In this document: piece after piece, positions 57,384-64,000 of the stretch | How positions within the stretch are numbered: position 1 is the first letter of the stretch | How the letters are laid out: every line of letters begins with the position of its first letter | Virus record (IMG/VR): IMGVR_UViG_3300033074_000747 | Strand: one strand, 5' to 3' | Length of the DNA stretch: 64,000 nucleotides | DNA from: an uncultured virus (IMG/VR IMGVR_UViG_3300033074_000747) | Lineage: Duplodnaviria; Heunggongvirae; Uroviricota; Caudoviricetes | The notes under the pieces: generated by a model | What the model was told of the DNA's origin: nothing | The model's input: only the letters and a program-made list of their open reading frames with translations | Database searches by the model: none | Translations under genes and position numbers: made by a program

Positions 57384-57790
57384 GCTAGTTGGTTCGGTTG
57401 GGTATCCCTCAATGGGTGGAATGGCCCTAAGCTAACTAGCCACGAGCACCAACCTGGTAACGGGTGTAGCCTGGGCCAAGTGAGTGAGTAGCAGGCAACA
57501 CAGGGGAGCCAGACGGGCATTATGGCCCGGTAGTGAGCCGGACGGAAAGCGCAAGCCGGTAAGCAGACCCCAGCCGCAAGGCAAAACTGGCCTACTCGAT
57601 TCTAGCATCAGACTGACGGTTGGGTATCCCGGCAACACCGGGTGGAATGGCCCTAACAGTCTCCGATTAACCGTAACGACTGCCCAGGGGAAGACGGGGT
57701 GAGGCACTACTAGGTTGAGTAGCAAACGGGTCAAAGTACCCGTGGGTCAGCCGGTAAGAGTCCGGCTCCGAAGAGCAAGAGCGAAACCCA
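57384..57790 (+). ncRNA. Tandem pair of structured RNA motif units
   Basis: Two copies of CGGTTGGGTATCCC-hairpin-GGGTGGAATGGCCCTAA closed by different outer stems, plus shared TGAGTAGCA and AGCCGGTAAG blocks. Confidence 0.55.
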
Positions 57791-57807
57791 ATCACAAGGA
57801 GCGAACA

Positions 57808-57978
57808 ATGAACACCCACGCAACACGGCCCTCTGGCATCGTTCCCGTGACCGTCGAGTACACGGCCCGGGGCCGCAGGGTCACCAAGACGTTCGCCGAT
57901 GCCTACGCGGCTCGGCGGTTCTACGCAGCCAAGTTCAAGGCGGGGGCCAACCCCCGAGTCGTCAAGGGTCCAATCTAA
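57808..57978 (+). CDS. Small basic early protein
   Basis: AAGGAG RBS before MNTHATR. Confidence 0.55.
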   Translation: MNTHATRPSGIVPVTVEYTARGRRVTKTFADAYAARRFYAAKFKAGANPRVVKGPI

Positions 57979-58076
57979 CCAGAGGAGTAAATCGCAGACC
58001 CACGCCGGTTCGCCCGGCGGTAATGCGGCAAGTGGGGTGGGTAGCCCCCGACGCTACTAGCACAAAGGAGCAAGTC

Positions 58077-58313
58077 GTGACCTACGCACATGAGGCAGCC
58101 ATCAAGGCACTGAAGCGACGAGCCAACGACGCCCGTGAGCTCGCCGACAAGTTGGACAAGTATGCGTCGGCTCTCGAAGACGACCGTGAAGTGTCCTTGA
58201 CCGATCGCTACTGCTGGGCCATCAACGAGATCGAGAATTTCATGCGAAATCTCGACTTCAACCACCTGGCCAAGCATGCGGCCGAGCTGGCTAAAGAATC
58301 ATCGGCCCGCTAG
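58077..58313 (+). CDS. Hypothetical early protein
   Basis: AAGGAG RBS before GTG (MTYAHE). Confidence 0.5.
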   Translation: MTYAHEAAIKALKRRANDARELADKLDKYASALEDDREVSLTDRYCWAINEIENFMRNLDFNHLAKHAAELAKESSAR

Positions 58314-58381
58314 AGCCTATCTAGCTCGCCCAGGCTGGAGGGGTGCTTAACCCCTCGCCGTCAGAGACAAAGGAGCAAACA

Positions 58382-58834
58382 ATGATCACTCGTGACTTCT
58401 TGACAGCAGGCAAGGCGGTATTCACCGTCGAGATCCCGCCCGCATTCGCAGCGGAGTTCAAGACCCCTCCGCACTACACCTACAAGATCCGCAAGAAGAA
58501 GGGCGACGCGAAGTGGGCTGACAAGTTCTTCGTCGGCCTCTTGACCGGACCAGACAATGAGGCTGACTACACATACCTCGGCGTGTTCGAGGATGGGGCA
58601 GTCCGTCTGACCGATGCAAGTAAGCTCAGCGAAGATAGCTGGCCTATCCGCATCCTTCGGCGGATCGTCGCCAAGATCTGGACCAACGAAGAGAGCAAGA
58701 TCACCGAGGCAGGCTGGGATGTCCACCACGAGGGCACTTGCTGCCGCTGCGGTCGGACCCTTACTGTACCCGAATCGGTTAAGACGGGCATCGGCCCCGA
58801 GTGCCGCAAGCACGTTGAATCAGCTGCATTCTGA
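58382..58834 (+). CDS. DUF6011-like Zn-finger protein
   Basis: CCRCGRTLTVPESVKTGIGPEC C-terminus; AAGGAG RBS. Confidence 0.75.
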   Translation: MITRDFLTAGKAVFTVEIPPAFAAEFKTPPHYTYKIRKKKGDAKWADKFFVGLLTGPDNEADYTYLGVFEDGAVRLTDASKLSEDSWPIRILRRIVAKIWTNEESKITEAGWDVHHEGTCCRCGRTLTVPESVKTGIGPECRKHVESAAF

Positions 58835-58907
58835 CCGGTCCCTCTACCACCCCAGGTGTTCGCCCGCTGGGGGACTACAGCGACCGTCCATTAGAAAGGA
58901 GCAAACC

Positions 58908-59417
58908 ATGATCGAGCTGAAACGTATCATCAAGGGGGTGTCCTACCTGTTCCGGTGGCACCCCGAGTTCTCCCACTGGGGGGTGTCCGCCGGAGAGAAG
59001 AGGACTGACCGCTTCTGGCGTCACTACGCTGTCGTGGTATCGCCCGGCGGCACGCCGATCCGATGCAGCTGCCCCGACCACTCGGAGAGGGGCCGTCGCT
59101 GCAAGCACATGCGTGAAGTGGACGAGATCAACATCTACCACCCGCAACCCCTGACCTCCGTCGAGGGTGTCTTGGAGGTGTTCGCCGAGACCGTAGGCAA
59201 GCCGCTGGCCCGGATGGCGGACCCCAGCTACTGGGCCTGCGAGGATCGTAGCAGGGCCGACACCTACGCCCCGATGGCGAACGCGGCCCGATGGTACTAC
59301 CACCGGGTGAAAACCGAGGGCAAGGACGCCAAGGCCGAGCTGGTCGAACTTCGCAAGGTAATCCGCACCGGCATCGAGGCGAACGCCATCGACCGGCTGC
59401 TTGAGAGAATCCCTTAA
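58908..59417 (+). CDS. SWIM zinc-finger protein
   Basis: CSCPD...CKH. Confidence 0.7.
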   Translation: MIELKRIIKGVSYLFRWHPEFSHWGVSAGEKRTDRFWRHYAVVVSPGGTPIRCSCPDHSERGRRCKHMREVDEINIYHPQPLTSVEGVLEVFAETVGKPLARMADPSYWACEDRSRADTYAPMANAARWYYHRVKTEGKDAKAELVELRKVIRTGIEANAIDRLLERIP

Positions 59418-59438
59418 CCTTTACGACAGGAGCGAGCA

Positions 59439-59690
59439 ATGGCAAAAATCAAAGCTACCCCCATCCGCAAGGATCTCGACGACTGGCTCAAGGACCAGTG
59501 TGGCTGGTTCTCGGAGATGGAGGCCGACGGTATGGACGTTGACCTGGCGTCCGCCGCCTGGGACATCGCGGACAGCATACTGGCGTTCCCAGACCCAGAC
59601 GCCAAGGCCGCTATCAACTATCTCCGCTCTACCGGAGTGGAAGACCTGAAGGGATGTCTGGCCGACTACCTGGCTGACGTAGCGTACTAG
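59439..59690 (+). CDS. Small acidic protein
   Basis: AGGAG RBS; rich in Asp/Glu. Confidence 0.55.
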   Translation: MAKIKATPIRKDLDDWLKDQCGWFSEMEADGMDVDLASAAWDIADSILAFPDPDAKAAINYLRSTGVEDLKGCLADYLADVAY

Positions 59691-59804
59691 GGATCATCAA
59701 TATCGCAGAGGAGGCCGGCAGCCCAGGCCGGTCTAATGCCCCCGACTCCGGGAGTGCCGGAGCGGGCCGTTCCAAGGCGGCATTATCGACTGGAGGAGCA
59801 AACG

Positions 59805-60008
59805 ATGAAAGTATGCAACCACTGCGGTGAGGAGTTCGGCGGTCGCGACGGCGAGAACGTCTGCGACACCTGCGAGCAACTGATGGACGCCCGCAAGAAA
59901 GCCAAGCTCGCCAAGCGGCGGCAGGCACGCAAGGAGCGTGACGAGGTCCTGCGCTCCGTCGGCTTGAAGAAGGTCCGAGGGGCGCTGGGTGGCACCTATT
60001 GGGAGTAG
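59805..60008 (+). CDS. Small Zn-ribbon protein
   Basis: GGAGGAG RBS; CNHC...CDTC; ends in GALGGTYWE. Confidence 0.55.
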   Translation: MKVCNHCGEEFGGRDGENVCDTCEQLMDARKKAKLAKRRQARKERDEVLRSVGLKKVRGALGGTYWE

Positions 60009-60096
60009 ACGCAGAGTGGCCCGGCCTCGCCCGCCAGGATTAATGCGGCAGGCCGGTCACAAGCCCCGGCTACCTCTAACCAACGAAAGGAGACCT

Positions 60097-60162
60097 ATGC
60101 AAACATTCCTGCCATACTCCGATTTCGCCCAATCCGCCCGATGCCTGGACAAAAGGAGATGA
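60097..60162 (+). pseudogene. N-terminal remnant of a pyrimidine-dimer glycosylase-like (MSMEG_6728/DenV family) gene
   Basis: AAGGAG RBS, then MQTFLPYSDFAQSARCLDKRR*. Confidence 0.6.
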
Positions 60163-60163
60163 G

Positions 60164-60397
60164 ATGTTAACCAAACTTGAAGCAACGGATTTGGTACGGG
60201 CCGCTTGTCGTGTCTGGGAGGCGTTCCGAGCATACGGTCCAGTCGATGACGGGAGGCCAGAAGGTAACGAGTTTGAAAGCGCCCTTGTGGAACTTGGAGG
60301 GACAGCGCACTACTGCGAAAAGCGACTGAAGTCACGAAAGCCGCATCCTGTCCGTTGCCAGTGCCAAGTATGTATTCCTAGCCCCTTTGCTCAGTAG
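60164..60397 (+). CDS. Hypothetical protein
   Basis: AAGGAG upstream; C-terminal CQCQVC. Confidence 0.45.
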   Translation: MLTKLEATDLVRAACRVWEAFRAYGPVDDGRPEGNEFESALVELGGTAHYCEKRLKSRKPHPVRCQCQVCIPSPFAQ

Positions 60398-60440
60398 TAC
60401 CACTGCCATCGCCCGGCGGGTCAACACAGGAGATGAAACG

Positions 60441-60755
60441 ATGAAGAAGAACGAAATCAAGGTTGGCGGCCTCTACCGAGCCAAGGTCAGCGGCAAGCTG
60501 GTCACCGTTCGGGTGGACGCCATCCGGGTTCGAGACGGCTACGGGACCATGAAGGACACGACCGTGTATGACATCACCAACCTCTCCACTGGCCGCAAGA
60601 CCACCTTCAAGTCGGCCGTGAAGTTCCGCAGCGAGGTCAAGGTATCCCCGTCACAAGCCGATGATTACAAGAGGACCACTCAATATCAGATGCTCAACGA
60701 CCAGGATCGGGCCGCGATGGACGCCCAGGTCGTCCGACAAAGAGAGGAGACCTAA
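60441..60755 (+). CDS. Hypothetical protein (SH3-like beta N-terminus)
   Basis: AGGAG RBS; MKKNEIKVGGLYRAKVSG. Confidence 0.55.
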   Translation: MKKNEIKVGGLYRAKVSGKLVTVRVDAIRVRDGYGTMKDTTVYDITNLSTGRKTTFKSAVKFRSEVKVSPSQADDYKRTTQYQMLNDQDRAAMDAQVVRQREET

Positions 60756-60757
60756 CC

Positions 60758-61213
60758 ATGATCACACGAGAGCAGGCCGAGACCTGCAATGAGTTCTACC
60801 ACCTCCGTCACCGCAACCCCAACGGATCAGCGGTCAAGGCTGTACGGGACGGCCCGCTGCAAGGCTGGACCGATAGCGACGGGATATTCCACTGGCAGTT
60901 GACAGTTCGGTATCACCAGGGCTACGCCTACCAGATCGTGTCTGGGACTGCCCACGAGTGGACCACTGAGGACCCGGTGGTGTACTCTATCGTCGGCCTG
61001 AAGCACGGAGAGCCGACGGCCACGGTGCTCTACAAGACCAAGACCCTGAAGGCGGCGGCGGCGGAGTGGACCCGTCTCAACGAGCATCCCACCGAGCCGT
61101 TCGCCGCCTTTGACGAAGTGTTGATCTCCGACCCGGACGGAATGCTGCTCGTCCCCGACACGCAGGGGGTGAGTGAGTTCGGCTGGGTCTATACCAATTC
61201 CCTCTCACTGTAG
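60758..61213 (+). CDS. Hypothetical protein
   Basis: GAGGAG RBS. Confidence 0.5.
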   Translation: MITREQAETCNEFYHLRHRNPNGSAVKAVRDGPLQGWTDSDGIFHWQLTVRYHQGYAYQIVSGTAHEWTTEDPVVYSIVGLKHGEPTATVLYKTKTLKAAAAEWTRLNEHPTEPFAAFDEVLISDPDGMLLVPDTQGVSEFGWVYTNSLSL

Positions 61214-61222
61214 GAGACCGCG

Positions 61223-61477
61223 ATGAAACGAACCATAGCGTTGACGGAGGTAGACTCGCAGACCAGCCTGCTCACCCCTCGCCAAGTCGGTGAGCTACTC
61301 GGAGTCATGAACTCCAACATTGATGGCGTCAAGGGCGGGCATAATGCAGTTATTGACTGGACCAACCGCACGATACGGGTACTATCGGCAAGCAAGCCAT
61401 TGATACGAAAAGGAAAGATGGTTGTGTTGTCCGGCGGACCTGCCTTTGCCCAGGACATCGTAATTGAACTGAGCTGA
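61223..61477 (+). CDS. Hypothetical protein
   Basis: AGGAG RBS. Confidence 0.5.
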   Translation: MKRTIALTEVDSQTSLLTPRQVGELLGVMNSNIDGVKGGHNAVIDWTNRTIRVLSASKPLIRKGKMVVLSGGPAFAQDIVIELS

Positions 61478-61580
61478 CCCCTCCTCCACCGCAGCCTAGC
61501 CCACTGCGGAACAGGAGCGGCCAGTCCACTACGGACGGCGCTTGTAACCCCAGATCCCCGATAGCGGGGAAGGAGCAAAC

Positions 61581-61844
61581 ATGGCGAAGAGCAAGAACCC
61601 AGCGGCACCCGCGAAGGACGCCCCCAAGTGCCCGATCACCCGCGAGCAGTTCGCGGACGCCAAGCCCCTCGTCGTTGAGATCGACGGCAAGCAGGTCGTG
61701 GCCCCCCGCAAGGACTTCTCCAGCGACAGCTTCGGCTGGTATGCCAACGAGAAGGTCGTGGTGATCATCGACGGCGTGCCGTGCAAGGTCCAGGCGAACA
61801 TCAGCCTGGTGGTCGTCGGATCCAAAGACCTACCCAAGGAGTAA
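61581..61844 (+). CDS. Hypothetical protein
   Basis: AAGGAG RBS; FSSDSFGWY...VQANISLVVVGSK phage-type domain. Confidence 0.6.
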   Translation: MAKSKNPAAPAKDAPKCPITREQFADAKPLVVEIDGKQVVAPRKDFSSDSFGWYANEKVVVIIDGVPCKVQANISLVVVGSKDLPKE

Positions 61845-61850
61845 CTGATC

Positions 61851-62093
61851 ATGGCAAAGCAGAAGACCAAACCCATCCCGTTCGCCAACTCCGCCGTGCA
61901 GATGCCGGACGGGGCCTGGGAGTGGGATCTCGCGGGCCGACGATGGCGTTGGACCGGGCCGACCGGCATCAACTTGTGGGTGTTCCAGAACGACGAATGG
62001 AACCCCGCGATCCATGCTGACGAGTTGGAACTCGCAGCTATGTTCGCCGAGGGTTTCCAGGCCGGCATCGGCTACCAGGAGAGGAGCAAGTAA
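61851..62093 (+). CDS. Hypothetical protein
   Basis: AAGGAG RBS. Confidence 0.5.
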   Translation: MAKQKTKPIPFANSAVQMPDGAWEWDLAGRRWRWTGPTGINLWVFQNDEWNPAIHADELELAAMFAEGFQAGIGYQERSK

Positions 62094-62096
62094 CCG

Positions 62097-62306
62097 ATGA
62101 GCTACGTCATCCAGCGGGTTCTCGGGGTCGGCGGGTTCGCCGCCCGCTCCGGGGACCGGTGGGTGCTCACCACCCGCCTCACCGATGCCACCCGGTTCAA
62201 CAGCCGGGAGGAGGCAGCCCAGATCATCCACCAGAAGTTCAAGGGGGCCGAGGGACTCACCGCCGTCGCACTGGGGTGGGCCGAGGCCCTGGTCGAGAAG
62301 TCTTAA
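62097..62306 (+). CDS. Hypothetical protein
   Basis: GAGGAG RBS; ATRFNSREEA motif. Confidence 0.5.
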   Translation: MSYVIQRVLGVGGFAARSGDRWVLTTRLTDATRFNSREEAAQIIHQKFKGAEGLTAVALGWAEALVEKS

Positions 62307-62601
62307 CTACCAATCAGGAGCAAACATGTACCATACGTCAACGAGCCGATCCGCCGTCGGCACCAACATCACTGACAATCCGTGCCTGTGCGGCCGTCCG
62401 GGGTACTGCCCCGTTCACGGCACCTACGAGACCACCGCCGACCGAGAGGCACTGAGCCTCACGCCAAGGTCCGCAGGCATCCAGCGCCGTCCGGCCGGAG
62501 GAGGGTTCCGGATCATCCGAGAGCGGCACTACGAATAGGCCGAGAGTATAATAGGTAGTTTTATTCCGCACCCCATCACCATTAACATAGGAGGTTATCT
62601 C

Positions 62602-63111
62602 GTGTCCTACAACTGTCAAGTGTGCCACGTCCATGTCCCTCCCCGATGCCCCCGGCGGACCTACGCCGTCCAGAGAGACCTGGGAAACCGAACGGAGATC
62701 GAGCGGGAGATCCCTGTGTGCCTAGGCTGCTCGCTACTCCTGGAGGGCGGCATCCCCCTGGCGGTCCTTCAGCGGCGCCACGGGCCGCCACCCCGACGAA
62801 CGGCACCGGCCCTACCCCCAGGGGGAGCACAGCCCCGGCGCAGGATCAAGTTCCGTCGGTACCGGGAGGACCCCAACGCCACGGTCCTGGTCGAGCCAAG
62901 ATCAGAGACCAAGGTAGTGGTTGCTTCGCCACCTGCTCCCAAGCCTGCCCCGGTGTTCTTCCAGCCCACCGTGGTGAAGAAGCCTCTCCCTGCCGATGGG
63001 CGAGAGGGTAAGAGGAAGACAGCCCCCCGATGCGAGCGGTGCCGCAAGGTGATCACCGGCCTGGTCGCTGCCGCTGGCGGCCGGGTCTGCGTTAAGTGCC
63101 AATCCAAGTGA
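62602..63111 (+). CDS. Basic Pro-rich protein with two CxxC pairs
   Basis: AGGAGG RBS; CQVC/CLGC and CERC/CVKC. Confidence 0.5.
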   Translation: MSYNCQVCHVHVPPRCPRRTYAVQRDLGNRTEIEREIPVCLGCSLLLEGGIPLAVLQRRHGPPPRRTAPALPPGGAQPRRRIKFRRYREDPNATVLVEPRSETKVVVASPPAPKPAPVFFQPTVVKKPLPADGREGKRKTAPRCERCRKVITGLVAAAGGRVCVKCQSK

Positions 63112-63202
63112 CCCCTCTATCGCGCCCTCTGATCACCCAGCGGAGGGCAACTAGAGCGGCCAGACTTTCTGACCGTGAGTTCTAATCCAAAAGAGGTGAG
63201 CT

Positions 63203-63442
63203 ATGTCCGTTCCCAAGAGTGTTGAGGGTCGTCATCGTCGCCGTCGCCGTTACATTGACGCTATCGATCCGTTGCGTCAGCGCTACAGCTGCACGGCAGC
63301 GCAGGTCTATTCCAACGTCATGTCCGAGTTGAATGCGGCGGATTCCCGTGCCAGTCAGATGGAGACGGCACTGAACAAGGCAAATGAGGAGACGGATCAG
63401 GTCAAAATGGAGCTGCTGAAGTTGCGAGCGTCGATCAAGTAA
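63203..63442 (+). CDS. Small coiled-coil protein
   Basis: GAGGT RBS. Confidence 0.5.
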   Translation: MSVPKSVEGRHRRRRRYIDAIDPLRQRYSCTAAQVYSNVMSELNAADSRASQMETALNKANEETDQVKMELLKLRASIK

Positions 63443-63554
63443 CTGACCCCTCTATCGGCCCCACCTCGCCCAGGGGTGGGGGATTAGAGCGGCCAGGCGG
63501 TATTCCAGCCTCAGTAAGATGCTGTCGACCTGACCCCTAGAGGAGTAAGCGACA

Positions 63555-64000
63555 ATGGCAAAGTCAAATGCGAAAGTAGTAACCAAGAAACCAGTTCCGC
63601 AGAAGGGGACCAAACCGGCCCCTAAGAAGCGAACGGACCCGGTGGCCGACGACACCCTGGAGCTGGTCTACCCCAACCGGCACTATGTCATGTTCGGGGA
63701 CTTCGAGGGGGCCGACCAGCCCCCGTTCACGGCCGACAACGCCAAGCTGCTGCTCGGCTGGGAGGGTGAGACCAAGCCGGACAAGGACGGGAAGGGTGGG
63801 GTGAGCTTCGGCGGGGACGCGATGAGCACCGACATGTTCGGCCTCAAGTTCCGCTGCACCCACAACATCTCCAATCGGCCGTTCGACCGCCGCCGGTCAA
63901 TGCAGTACGCCCAGGACGTGCTCTGCCGCCGATGGAAGTTCAACCTGGAGCCGATGATCATCGGCAAGCACGGCAACGTCGTGTCGGCCCAGCACCGGCT
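63555..64000 (+). CDS. ParB-like N-terminal domain protein (partial)
   Basis: GAGGAG RBS; NRP...YAQDV...W..N.EPMII...G.VVSAQHR resembles the ParB/Srx 'DGQHR' core; runs off the window. Confidence 0.55.
   Translation, partial: MAKSNAKVVTKKPVPQKGTKPAPKKRTDPVADDTLELVYPNRHYVMFGDFEGADQPPFTADNAKLLLGWEGETKPDKDGKGGVSFGGDAMSTDMFGLKFRCTHNISNRPFDRRRSMQYAQDVLCRRWKFNLEPMIIGKHGNVVSAQHR

Noticed and set aside
57384..57790. Hammerhead ribozyme or c-di-GMP riboswitch
   Set aside because: I could not find the CUGANGA/GAAA core or a complete GEMM consensus by eye; left as an unknown motif.
1..64000. Genome-wide stop-codon reassignment
   Set aside because: TAG, TGA and TAA all end well-defined genes; only two isolated in-frame stops were seen, and no suppressor tRNA was found.

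Overview
This 64 kb window is part of a GC-rich tailed dsDNA phage or prophage genome. The host is most likely a Planctomycete, based on a 'LRCEELEMRITPA' planctomycete-type export motif on an RTX-repeat protein and a planctomycete-like RimI. Positions ~1-56.8 kb are almost all minus strand. From 31.8 kb down to 1 are the terminase (large subunit split in two ORFs), sigma factor, portal, head proteins, DUF2213 protease, scaffold, major capsid, neck and tail genes. From 32-56 kb are replication and nucleotide-metabolism genes: PolA, primase-helicase, Sak4-like ATPase, exonuclease, UDG, MTase and a thymidine-hypermodification cluster. An AT-rich divergent control region at ~57 kb is followed by plus-strand small early genes. 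Main findings: (1) Head-region polyproteins carry effector-like domains (several ADP-ribosyltransferases, an Acb1-like 2H phosphoesterase, an HExxH peptidase, a PD-(D/E)XK nuclease and a zeta kinase). Six of these domains start right after a repeated Asn-anchored tag, N-AFCP(T)GxG(G)xxDNxCS, and others after related Asn-anchored leaders, suggesting protease-processed, swappable virion cargo. (2) A hmU-type modification pathway is coupled to two glycosyltransferases and a radical SAM enzyme. (3) There are several unexplained structured RNAs: a tandem ~220-nt motif at 57.4 kb, a repeated intergenic hairpin in the early operon, and tRNA-like RNAs with abnormal anticodon regions. All calls come from reading motifs by eye; no database searches or composition calculations were run.
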